In this document: one piece after another, positions 28,889-39,000 of the stretch
How the letters are laid out: every line of letters begins with the position of its first letter
Numbering within the stretch: position 1 is the stretch's first letter
Origin: an uncultured Chlorobiota bacterium
GTDB taxonomy: Bacteria > Bacteroidota > Ignavibacteria > UBA10030 > UBA6906
Reading direction: 5' to 3'
Length of the DNA stretch: 64,000 bases
Assembly: GCA_900696645.1 (NCBI GenBank)
Contig: CAADGV010000021.1
Location: 122,893-186,892 of the forward strand
Translations under genes and position numbers: made by a program
The notes under the pieces: model-generated
The model's database searches: none
What the model saw: the letters and a program-made list of their open reading frames with translations, nothing else
Told to the model about the DNA's origin: nothing

Positions 28889-28893
28889 TTAGG

Positions 28894-29331
28894 TCAGGCC
28901 GCGGCAGTTCCTGGTTCTGCCGGTGCCGGCTCGCCGCCGGCACTTTTTCGAGCCTTACGTTTTGCAGCAAGACGACGTGCTTTGCGCGCTTCATCGCGCT
29001 GTTGCTTTTCAGCCTGCGCCATTTGCCACTTCTCCATAGTGCTCGCAATTGTGGCTTCGTCCGTTCCTTTCTTGAGCAGGCTCCACTTCAGCCATGTGCC
29101 GTTCCGTTGCAGCAAACTGCGCAAGGTATCCGTGGGTCGCGCTCCGGTCTTCAGCCAATACATCAACCGCTGTTCTTTTGTTTCAATAAGCATCGGATTG
29201 CGCAGGGGCTCGTAGCGGCCGATTATTTCCAGAAACTTGCCGTTACGGGCTGCACGCGAATCCGCCGCGACGATGTGGTACTGCGGCATTTTCTTCTTGC
29301 CGACTCGTCGCAATCTGATACGTACTGCCAA
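28894..29331 (-). CDS. rpsP: 30S ribosomal protein S16 with C-terminal extension
   Basis: MAVRIRLRRVGKK, IVAADSRAARNGKFLE, GARPTDT. Confidence 0.97.
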   Translation of the reverse strand: MAVRIRLRRVGKKKMPQYHIVAADSRAARNGKFLEIIGRYEPLRNPMLIETKEQRLMYWLKTGARPTDTLRSLLQRNGTWLKWSLLKKGTDEATIASTMEKWQMAQAEKQQRDEARKARRLAAKRKARKSAGGEPAPAEPGTAAA

Positions 29332-29415
29332 TGGTTCCTCCTCTATGTTTGAACATTCTGTAGAGTAGTCATGCCTCCGCTCCTCGCCGGACGAGCGGAT
29401 TCACTTTCTTGCATC

Positions 29416-30744
29416 TCAAAACGCCGCTTTCATGCGTTGGGACATCTTGAACTTACCGCCCCCTTTTCCGAAACTCTTCATCATCTTTTGCATTTGCTCG
29501 AACTGCTTGATGAGTTTGTTGACTTCCTGAACCGATGTTCCGCTTCCGATCGCAATCCGCTTGCGCCTGCTGCCGTTCAGCACGTCGGGATTGTCCCGCT
29601 CCTTTTTCGTCATTGATTGAATGATGGCTTCGATGCGAACAAGTTCCTTGTCATCAACATTCACATCCTTCGGCAACTTGTTCATACCGGGCAGCATTCC
29701 CATCACCTGGCTGAGCGGCCCCATCTTCTTGATTTCCTGAAGCTGATCGAGAAAATCCTCGAACGTAAATTGCGACTTTCGAAGCTTTTGTTCAAGCTTG
29801 ACTGCCTTCGCCTGATCGAACGTCTGTTGTGCCTTCTCGACAAGCGTGACTATATCGCCCATGCCGAGAATGCGGCCTGCAAGCCGTTCGGGGTGAAACT
29901 TCTCCAGCGCATCAAGTTTCTCCCCCACACTGATAAACTTGATTGGCTTGCCGACAGTTGCACGCAACGAGAGTGCGGCACCACCCCGCGCATCGCCGTC
30001 CATTTTGGTCAGTACCGCGCCATCGAAATTCAGGCGGTCGTTGAACGCCTTTGCCGTGTTAATGGCATCCTGCCCTGTCATGGCATCGACGACGAAGAGG
30101 ATTTCATTCGGTTTGGTCGAGGCCTTGATCTCCTCAACTTCCTTCATCATCTCTTCATCAACGTGCAGGCGTCCTGCGGTGTCGATAATGACAACATCGC
30201 GGGCATTCTTTCGGGCGTGGTCGATGGATTGCTTTGCAATCTTCACGGCGCCGGAATCCCGTTCGGAATACACCGGAACGGATATCTGTTTTCCGAGCGT
30301 AATCAGTTGATCGATTGCGGCAGGCCGGTACACATCTGCGGCAACGAGCAGCGGGCTTCGACCCTGACCCTTCAGGTGGTTGGCCAACTTTCCTGCGAAC
30401 GTCGTTTTGCCCGATCCCTGCAATCCCGCCACCAGAATAACCGATGGCGGCATTGATGAGAACGAAAGCTCGACTTTCTTTTCGCCCAGTAACCGTACCA
30501 ACTCGTCGTAGATGATCTTGACAATGAGTTGCCCGGGGGTAATACTGGAAAGAACTTCTGCCCCGACTGCCCTTCTCTGGACGTCATCTACGAACTGTTT
30601 TGCAACTTTGTAGTTGACATCGGCATCAAGCAGCACTCGCCGGACTTCACGGAGAGTTTCAGCGACGTTTGCCTCTGAAATCTTTCCCTGACCCCGCAGC
30701 TTCTTCAGCACCCCATCTAATTTCTGACTCAGATCTTCAAACAT
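29416..30744 (-). CDS. ffh: Signal recognition particle protein
   Basis: GLQGSGKTT, DVYRPAA, DTAGR, TKMDGDARGG, Met-rich M domain. Confidence 0.97.
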   Translation of the reverse strand: MFEDLSQKLDGVLKKLRGQGKISEANVAETLREVRRVLLDADVNYKVAKQFVDDVQRRAVGAEVLSSITPGQLIVKIIYDELVRLLGEKKVELSFSSMPPSVILVAGLQGSGKTTFAGKLANHLKGQGRSPLLVAADVYRPAAIDQLITLGKQISVPVYSERDSGAVKIAKQSIDHARKNARDVVIIDTAGRLHVDEEMMKEVEEIKASTKPNEILFVVDAMTGQDAINTAKAFNDRLNFDGAVLTKMDGDARGGAALSLRATVGKPIKFISVGEKLDALEKFHPERLAGRILGMGDIVTLVEKAQQTFDQAKAVKLEQKLRKSQFTFEDFLDQLQEIKKMGPLSQVMGMLPGMNKLPKDVNVDDKELVRIEAIIQSMTKKERDNPDVLNGSRRKRIAIGSGTSVQEVNKLIKQFEQMQKMMKSFGKGGGKFKMSQRMKAAF

Positions 30745-30801
30745 CGGCCAAACAGGAGAAGTAGCACAAGAACAGAATCGTACCCATCAAGATGGGTGAT
30801 T

Positions 30802-30830
30802 AAAGTACAGAAAAACAAGAAGTTAAGCAA
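30802..30830 (-). promoter_or_regulatory. Promoter for ffh
   Basis: TTGCTT-N17-TACTTT. Confidence 0.45.
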
Positions 30831-30884
30831 GGCAGTCAGATTAAGAATTGTTGAGCTTGACTGGCATTTCCGCGCTTCTTTGCC

Positions 30885-30913
30885 TTGAAACTCACGCACC
30901 AATTGGGTAGAAT
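30885..30913 (+). promoter_or_regulatory. Promoter for the DUF3857 operon
   Basis: TTGAAA-N17-TAGAAT. Confidence 0.6.
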
Positions 30914-30951
30914 GAATTACGCATTTTCTGTCAAAACTGCTTGTAGGGAAC

Positions 30952-33900
30952 TTGATTGTGACAAGACTTCAGACACTCGTCTTAGCCCTTCCGTTCTGTT
31001 TCTGCGGAGCCGCTGCTTTTGCATCCACCTCAAATGATTTGGTTGAGAAGGGATGGAAAGCGCTTGAGCCGGCCGCGACCCCGGGAGGCGGACAATCCGA
31101 TGCTGAGAAGTTCTTCAAGGCGGCAATTGATGCGGATAAATCCAACACGCGGGCCTATCTCGGGCTTTCCTTATTATATGAGATGCAAGAACGGAAACCC
31201 GAAGCGTGGAATGCGTTTCGAAACGTGCTCACGACGGAGAAGAACTATTACCCCTATCTCTCGGCGCAATGGCTTTACACATGGGACGACAAGCTGCGCA
31301 ATTTGCCGAACTCCGGAATGATCGAGCTTCTGAAGCAACTCAGCGTCAACGCAAACCCTGACGGCATGATAAAAGCTCAGGCAGCCGAGCAACTTGGCAC
31401 ACACTTCATGAACCGGGGCGACCTGCCGCAGGCACGAGGCTGGTTCAATACAATGAATGCTATCACACAGTGGATGGTGATCGGGCCGTTTGATAATATC
31501 TCAGCGTCGGGGTTTGACAAGGTGTTTCCTTTGGAATATGAATTTGATTTGTCAAGAACGTACGAGGGGAAGAACGGCATTCCGGCCTCGTGGTTCGAGC
31601 CGAAGGCGATGCGATTTGACCGGTGGGTCGATTTCACGCGTTACTTTGCTTTCTCGCAGGCGGTGTACTATGCCAATAATTTCGTTTTCTCCCCGAAGAA
31701 GCAACCTGCGTGGATACGCATCGGAACGTCGGGATCGTTGAAAACTTTTCTGAACGATGAGGAGATCATTCAGTATTTCGATGAGAACAACAATGATCTC
31801 GACACCTATATCATCGAAACGGAACTGCAGGAGGGATGGAACCGCCTGCTCATCAAATGCGGCTACTCCGAAATCACGCGCTGCAATTTCATGGTACGCG
31901 TCACCGACTCGTCCGGTAATCCTATCGACGGATTGCAAATCTCTCTTTCTCCACAATCATATACAATGAAGCCGGGCGCCCCGAGCAGGCATGTCGAGAA
32001 TTTTGCCGAGGCGTTCTTCAAGGGAGAAATCAGGAATCATCCGGAGCGGCTGGAAAATTACGTTCTTCTTGCCCAAGTCTACCTCATGAATGACAAAGCT
32101 GTTGAGGCCGAACTGCAGTTGCGGCACGCTCTGAAACGTTCTCCCAACAACATTCTCCTGCTGAACAAAATGCTTGAGGCATACATTCGCGGACAGAAGT
32201 TCGACGAGATGACACAAACGCTCGAGAGACTGTTGACCATTCACCCGAACGTACCTTCGGCAATTCTGTACACGTTGCAACGTGCCATTGAGAACGAGGA
32301 TTTCGAAACAGCCGAGAAGTCATTGCAACAATTGAAGTCGCTTCTGCCGAATTCCGAGCAGGCATATCGTCAGGAGATTGCCTTCTATAGTAAGAAGAAA
32401 CAGAACGAGAAGGTGATTGAACTGAACAAAGAGGCATATGCGAAACATCCCGATGTCTGGGAGTTCGCATATCTCGAAGCGACGTTTGCCCAAACACGGC
32501 AGCGCAATACCGATCGCGCAAAGCAGATCGTTGCGCAATATCTGAAGAACAACTACAACGCAAACGTATTAAGCACGCTTGCGGAGTACAGCCTCGCTTC
32601 AAGCCTTTCCGAGTGGGAATCATACTATGCAAAGATGATCGAGCTGGAACCGGCCGCGCCCGGCTATCACTACAAAATGGCAAAAGTGTATTCCTCGCTT
32701 GAGTTGTACGACAAAGCCGTGCAGGCAATGCGCCGCGCGATCGACATCTGCCCCAACAGCGACTCATATTGGTCGGAACTGGGTGAGCTGTATCGCATCC
32801 GGAAAGACAATCTTCAGGCGATGGAGGCTTATCAATCGGCGTTGAAATTCAATCCCGCCAACTACGATGCGCGTGAAAAGCTGCGCGAGTTGCAGGGGAA
32901 GAAATCGACCTTTTCACATTTTCAATCTGCAAGCATAGACAGCGCGATCAAGGCCTCACCTAAATCGGGCGACTATCCGAATGATAACGGCGTCATCTTG
33001 CTGGACGATACGAAGCGTGTTGTGTTCGACAAGGGAACGTCAATGTCGCAACACGAATTGCTTGTGAAACTCTTCAACAAAACAGGGATTGACCAATACA
33101 AGGAGTTCGGCGTTCCGTACAATCCCTACACGGAAACGCTTATCATTGAAAAGGCTGTTGTCATCAAAAAGGACGGGTCGGAGGTGAAGGCCGACATTTC
33201 AAGAAATGCGATGGTGTTCAAACAGCTTGAGGAGAATGACTGCATTCATATCAAGTGGAAAACAAAGAACTACTACAACGGACGGCTTTCCAATCAATTC
33301 TGGGACGAAAACTATTTCAACGGCGGATACCCCGTTTTGCTTGCGCGATACAGTCTGCTTGTCCCCGAACAACTCGCGTTCAACCACCGGACGCAACACA
33401 TGCCCGATAGTCCTGTGAAACGAACAACCGAAGACGGCTTGCTGTACGAATGGACAGCCGGCAACGAGCCGGCAATTGTGTACGAGGCAGACATGCCTCC
33501 GCTCACCGACGTTGCAAAGGTGCTGTATATTTCCAGCATCCAGTCGTGGGACTATTTGGTGGATTGGTACACCGATCTGGCGAGAACCAAGACACGCAGC
33601 ACGTTTGAAATACGCGAACAGGTTGAGGAATTGTTTGAAGGGAAGAAGCATCTTTCGGAAGAAGAGAAAATCAGGATCGTGTACAACTTCATCACCGAGA
33701 ATATCCGGTACAGCAGCGTCCCCTTCAGGCAGTCGCCGCTTGTGCCGCAGAAAGCGCGGGATGTTCTTGTAAATCGTATAGGCGATTGCAAGGATGTTGC
33801 GACGCTGTGTATTGCCATGCTGCGTGAAGTCGGCATCACGGCGCATCATGTTCTCGTCAACACGGCCGATCAGGGATCGAATGCAAACATTCTTCCCACC

Positions 33901-34719
33901 ATTGCGTTCAATCATGCGATCGCTGCAGTGGAAACTGAGCAAGGAATCCGCTATCTCGATTTGACGGCGAATAACTTTCCGTACGGCTCAGCCCCGTTTC
34001 CCGACATTAATGCGTTCGCTCTTCTGATTGCCCCGAACAACACGAAGCCAGAGTATCTCGGCAAGAAGGAATTCAGTCCCACCAACGTGCATTGCACAAC
34101 AACGGTAACGATTGCCGCCGACAACAGCATCAGCGTCAGGCATGAATCGAAAAGAACTGGCGAAGAGACGGCGAGCGTGCGGTATTTCTATCGCGACAAA
34201 AGCCAACAGGACAGGGAGAAAGTCTATGTGCAGGAACTGACTGCGGATTTCCCGAACGTACGGTTGACATCGTTGAATTTCACCGGACTTGATACCGTAA
34301 CGAATGTTGTGACCGTGAGTTCCGGATTCGAAGTGCCCGACTATGTGTCCGAGTCGGGAAGGTTCAAGTTTCTCAAGCTTCCGTGGGCCGACAAGCTTGG
34401 CCCGAACCCGGCCCTCGTGTATGAGAGCCGTATGTATCCGATTGTGGATTATGGCCATGAAGACACGTTGCGAGAGCAGATCACCGTGAAGTTTCCCAAA
34501 GGATATGCTGTGGAAGGCCTTGCCCCGAAGGTAAGACTCTCCTCACCTGCGGCGGAGTATTCGGTTGTGTACAAACTTTCCGGTAACTCGCTGCTTGCAA
34601 CGCGGGAGTTTATCAGAAAGAAGAATACTGTTTCGCCCGAGGAATACGCTGCGTACAGAAAGTTCTACAACGATGTGCTGAAAGAAGATACAAGGCAGAT
34701 TGTGTTGAGGAAGAAATGA
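30952..34719 (+). CDS. Exported TPR + DUF3857 + transglutaminase-like protein
   Basis: Signal peptide; WMVIGPFDN beta-domain; many TPRs; Cys-His-Asp triad in GDCKD, FNHAI and YLDLT. Confidence 0.85.
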   Translation: MIVTRLQTLVLALPFCFCGAAAFASTSNDLVEKGWKALEPAATPGGGQSDAEKFFKAAIDADKSNTRAYLGLSLLYEMQERKPEAWNAFRNVLTTEKNYYPYLSAQWLYTWDDKLRNLPNSGMIELLKQLSVNANPDGMIKAQAAEQLGTHFMNRGDLPQARGWFNTMNAITQWMVIGPFDNISASGFDKVFPLEYEFDLSRTYEGKNGIPASWFEPKAMRFDRWVDFTRYFAFSQAVYYANNFVFSPKKQPAWIRIGTSGSLKTFLNDEEIIQYFDENNNDLDTYIIETELQEGWNRLLIKCGYSEITRCNFMVRVTDSSGNPIDGLQISLSPQSYTMKPGAPSRHVENFAEAFFKGEIRNHPERLENYVLLAQVYLMNDKAVEAELQLRHALKRSPNNILLLNKMLEAYIRGQKFDEMTQTLERLLTIHPNVPSAILYTLQRAIENEDFETAEKSLQQLKSLLPNSEQAYRQEIAFYSKKKQNEKVIELNKEAYAKHPDVWEFAYLEATFAQTRQRNTDRAKQIVAQYLKNNYNANVLSTLAEYSLASSLSEWESYYAKMIELEPAAPGYHYKMAKVYSSLELYDKAVQAMRRAIDICPNSDSYWSELGELYRIRKDNLQAMEAYQSALKFNPANYDAREKLRELQGKKSTFSHFQSASIDSAIKASPKSGDYPNDNGVILLDDTKRVVFDKGTSMSQHELLVKLFNKTGIDQYKEFGVPYNPYTETLIIEKAVVIKKDGSEVKADISRNAMVFKQLEENDCIHIKWKTKNYYNGRLSNQFWDENYFNGGYPVLLARYSLLVPEQLAFNHRTQHMPDSPVKRTTEDGLLYEWTAGNEPAIVYEADMPPLTDVAKVLYISSIQSWDYLVDWYTDLARTKTRSTFEIREQVEELFEGKKHLSEEEKIRIVYNFITENIRYSSVPFRQSPLVPQKARDVLVNRIGDCKDVATLCIAMLREVGITAHHVLVNTADQGSNANILPTIAFNHAIAAVETEQGIRYLDLTANNFPYGSAPFPDINAFALLIAPNNTKPEYLGKKEFSPTNVHCTTTVTIAADNSISVRHESKRTGEETASVRYFYRDKSQQDREKVYVQELTADFPNVRLTSLNFTGLDTVTNVVTVSSGFEVPDYVSESGRFKFLKLPWADKLGPNPALVYESRMYPIVDYGHEDTLREQITVKFPKGYAVEGLAPKVRLSSPAAEYSVVYKLSGNSLLATREFIRKKNTVSPEEYAAYRKFYNDVLKEDTRQIVLRKK

Positions 34720-35173
34720 AACGGTATCGCGTATACGCAGACACGTCTGTTTTCGGAGGATGCTTTGACGACGAGTTTCGTATGAGAGTATAAAATTCTT
34801 CGAAGAAGTGGCACAGCGGAAGTTCATACTGGTCTTGTCATAGGTAACATTGCGCGAATTAAACGAAGCCCCAGAGCATGTGCAAAGAACACTTGAGAAG
34901 ATCCCAGCAGACACCATCGAAGTAGTTGATGATGCGGAAGAGATTACATTGTTACGCGATTCATATATTGAAGCGGGTGTGCTTGGGCGGGCAAGCGCTG
35001 ACGATGCAGAACACATCGCAGCGGCTTCGGTCGCAGAGGCAGACTTCGTGGTAAGCTGGAACTTCAAACATATTGTTCACTACGAGAAAATACAGGGCTT
35101 TCAAGCTGTGAATCTTCTGAAAGGGTATAAACCAATTCGTATTTATTCACCGAGGGAGGTGGTCGAGTCATGA
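34716..35173 (+). pseudogene. PIN-domain toxin pseudogene
   Basis: MKRYRVYADTSVFGGCFDDEF, then a 1-nt frameshift at ~34780 (continues YESIKFFEEV..LVLS), an in-frame TAG at 34841, then DAEHIA, VSWNFKHIV, IYSPREV. Confidence 0.85.
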
Positions 35174-35355
35174 AGAGGGGAAAGAAATTCGATGCCGTTC
35201 AAATGAAGTGGGAAGTACAACGGAAGATCGCCGAGGAGTTTGCCAATGTTCCGGCATCGGAGGCGCGTAGGATTCAAATGGAACGAATCAAAAAGAACCC
35301 CATCCTTGGCGAGATTGTTCGCAAGGCGAGAAAAGGAACGGTTGCAGGTAAATGA
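35170..35355 (+). CDS. Small protein coupled to the PIN gene (putative antitoxin)
   Basis: MKRGKKFDAVQMKWEVQRKI..; ATGA overlaps on both sides. Confidence 0.65.
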   Translation: MKRGKKFDAVQMKWEVQRKIAEEFANVPASEARRIQMERIKKNPILGEIVRKARKGTVAGK

Positions 35356-36020
35356 TGCAAGTCCTGAAGATATTCCTCGTGTTGGCCTTCCTTCTCGATT
35401 GCTCGCTCGCTCAACAACGCATCTCCAGCGCCTTCAAAATAGCCCGCCTGAAATACTCCGGCGGCGGCGATTGGTACAACGATCAATCGGCGGAAGTCAA
35501 CCTGCTGAGATTTGTCAGGGAGAACACCACCATTCACGTCGAGCCGACGTATGAATTTGTGGATCTGAACAGCGAGCAACTCTTCACATACCCGATGCTG
35601 TTCATGACAGGACACGGCAATATCTCGTTCAGCGAACAGGAAGTTCGCCGTCTGCGAACGTATTTGGAGAATGGCGGCTTCCTCTATGCCGATGACGATT
35701 ACGGAATGGATAAAGCATTTCGCCGCGAGATGAAGAAAATTTTTCCGGGACAGGAACTCGTCGAGATGCCGTTCAGCCACGGCATCTACCGGAGCCGGTT
35801 CGAGTTTCCGAACGGCCCACCCAAAACGCATGAACACGACGGTAAGCCGGCGCAGGGCTTCGGGCTGTTTCACAACGGGCGGCTTGTGGTGTACTATACG
35901 TACGAGTCCAACCCGAGCGACGGCTGGGCCGATCCCGAAGTTCACAACAACACTCCCCAGAAGCGGGAAGAGGCATTGAAGTTCGGAACAAACATCATCG
36001 TGTGGGCGTTGACGAATTGA
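35352..36020 (+). CDS. DUF4159-domain protein
   Basis: IARLKYSGGGDWY, YPMLFMTGHG, YLENGGFLYADD, GTNI. Confidence 0.85.
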   Translation: MMQVLKIFLVLAFLLDCSLAQQRISSAFKIARLKYSGGGDWYNDQSAEVNLLRFVRENTTIHVEPTYEFVDLNSEQLFTYPMLFMTGHGNISFSEQEVRRLRTYLENGGFLYADDDYGMDKAFRREMKKIFPGQELVEMPFSHGIYRSRFEFPNGPPKTHEHDGKPAQGFGLFHNGRLVVYYTYESNPSDGWADPEVHNNTPQKREEALKFGTNIIVWALTN

Positions 36021-36041
36021 GAGCTAATCTGTGAACTGCGA

Positions 36042-39000
36042 ATGAGCGAAAACACGCCGAAAATACTCAGCGAGTTGATTGTCCGACTTGCATCCGTACG
36101 GAAGAAAGAGAATTCATCTTCACTTCTTTACGGCATCCTGTTTTCTGCTTCCTTGATTGTCGGCGCTGCGGGATTTGTGATTCTTGTTGAGCAGATATTC
36201 TATCTGCCGGTTCCGGCCAGAACGATCATTTTCTGGGTCGTCATCGCTGTGTCGGTTGGCTTGCTTGCATGGTTTGTTCTTCGCCCGCTGCTGAAGCGGT
36301 TCGAATTGCTACCGGCAGAAAGCAATGCACAAACGGCGGAGAAAGTCGGTAAAGCATTTCCGAACATCAACGACCATCTCATCAACATTCTTCAACTCTA
36401 TAACGAGCGGGAGAGCAGCCGGTTCTACTCGCCCGATCTCATTGATGCATCATTCGAAGATGTCCGGAAGGAAATCGAGCCGGTTGATTTCACGGCCGCG
36501 GTGAGTTTTGCCCGTCCCCGAAAATGGGGGAGAATTCTCGGTATTGTAACAGGCATCGCATTACTCCTGTTGGCAGTGTTTCCTTCAGGATTCTTGGGAG
36601 CCGCGAACAGGCTCTGGCACTACACCGAATCATTTGAAGCGCCGCTGCCCTTCCGGTTCATCGTCGAGCCCGGCAACAAGGAAGTCGTGAAGGGTGCTTC
36701 TGTGCCGATTGTTGTGAAGGTGGAAGGCGTGCCTCAAAAGCAGATCACGCTTTCGTCAAAGCCGTCGGGTCAAATTCAGTTTGACGAGAAGACTCTTGCG
36801 GCCAACGCTGACGGCACGTTCAGCTACGAAATGCCCGCATTGAAATCCACGACACTATACCGGGTAAGTTCCGGCGACGTTTCCAGCGAGGAGTACACGC
36901 TGACGGTTATCGACAGGCCGATGGTGAAAATGCTGCGGCTGAATCTCGCGTTTCCGTCGTACGCGAAACTCTCTTCCCGCCAACTCGATGATAATGTCGG
37001 AGACGTGACGGCGCTCAAGGGAACACGGATCACGTTTTCTCTCGAAGCCAACAAACCACTCGCCGTGGCGAAACTCATGTTCTCACAACCGGCGAATGAA
37101 ACGAAACCGAACGCACACTCTCTCACCGTTTCGGGAAGCAAAGCATCCGGTTCGCTTACGCTGCTCAAGGAGCAGACGTATTACATTCATCTCGTCGACG
37201 AGGAAAATGTCGCAAGCGCCGAGCCGATTGAGTACAGCCTCAAGATTGTGCCCGATGCATTCCCGACCGCACAGATTCTCTTTCCGGGAACGAACATCGA
37301 CATCGCCGAAAACAGCCGGCTGAACATGCTGTACAAGATCACCGACGACTTCGGCTTCTCGTCGTTGCGTCTTGCCTACCGGCTCATTCAGTCGCGCTAC
37401 GAACAGCCGTGGGAGGATTTTCGCTATCTCGCCGTTCCGATTCCGTCGGCAATCGTAACCGGGGGCGACATTGCCCATCTGTGGCCGCTTTCCGAACTCA
37501 ATCTCGTTCCGGAAGATGTTGTGAGTTACTATCTCGAAGTGTTTGATAACGACAATATTTCCGGCCCGAAGTCAGGCCGGAGCGAAATCTACACACTTCG
37601 TCTTCCATCTCTCGAAGAAGTCTTTGCCGATCTCAACCAGTCGCACGATGTGAGTCTCGAAGCGATGAAGGAGTCGTTGAAGCAAGCGGAGGAAGCAAAG
37701 AAAGAACTTGAGCAGCTTCAGCAAGAGATGAGGAAGAACCAGCAGAAAATGGATTGGCAGCAGCAGAAAAAAGCCGAGGAGATGCTGAAGAAATATGAAG
37801 AGATTCAGAAGAAGATGGAGGAAGTGAACAAAACCATCAACGAGATGGTGCAGAAGATGGAGAAGAACGAGGTTCTCTCGCAAGAGACGCTCGAAAAATA
37901 CCAGGAACTGCAACAGTTGATGGAGCAGATGAACTCGCCCGAGTTTGCCGAGGCGATGAAGAAAATGCAGCAGGCAATGCAGCAGATGAATACCGAGCAG
38001 ATGCGGCAGGCGATGCAGAATTTCCAGTTCAACGAAGAGAACTTTCGGAAAAGCATCGAGCGGACGATGAATCTTCTGAAGCGGATACAAATCGAGCAAA
38101 AGGTCGACGAGGCGATCAAGCGTGCCGAAGAGATGATGAAGAAGCAGGAGGAATTGCAGAAGCAGACTGAACAGACGAATCCTTCTGACAGAAACAAACT
38201 CGACGATCTTGCCCAGCAACAGAAAGATCTGAAGGAAATGCTCGACCAATTGCAGAAGGAGCTTGCCGAGTTGCAGAAAAAGATGCAGGAATTCCCCGCC
38301 GAAATGCCTCTCGACGAGATGCAGAAAGCGCAGGAACAACTCGACCAGAGCCAGCTTGACGAGATGATGGAACAGATTGCCCAACAGATGCAGCAACAAC
38401 AACTCTCGCAGGCAATGCAGAACCAGCAAAGTGCCCGGCAGAAGATGCAGCAATTCATGCAACAGATGCAGCAAATGCAGCAGGCGATGCGGCAGAACCA
38501 GCAGCGACAAATTGTTAACGAAATGCGGCGAGCATTGCAGGATGTGCTGAATCTCTCGAAGCGCCAGGAACAACTCAAGAACCAGTCGCAGCGCATGGAG
38601 CCGAACTCGCAGCAGTACCGCGACAACGCACAACAGCAGATGGATGTTCTGCGCGATCTTGCCAACGTCACGCAGGGACTTTCACGCCTCTCGCAGAAAA
38701 CATTCGCCATCACGCCCGAGCTCGGCAAATCCATCGGCGATGCGATGCGGCAGATGAGCCAGGCAATGCAGTCGCTTGACCAGCGTAGCGGCAACCAGGC
38801 GGCGGGACAGCAGCAGGGCGCGATGGGTTCGCTCAATGAAGCTGCCGAACAACTCCAGAGCGGCATCAACGGCATGATGCAGGGGGGACAAGGAATGGGG
38901 ATGGGCATGGCGGGTTTTATGCAGCGCTTGCAACAAATGTCGGGACAGCAGCAGGGCATCAACCAAGGAACGCAGAACCTAGGCGGTATGTCGGCGCAGC

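Noticed and set aside
28736-28893. SRP RNA near ffh (also sought next to dnaX)
   Set aside because: No domain IV signature (CAGG..GNRA..AGCA) was found in either spacer.
34841-34843. TAG read-through or pyrrolysine in the PIN gene
   Set aside because: An upstream frameshift also breaks the gene, and TAG is a normal stop elsewhere in the window.
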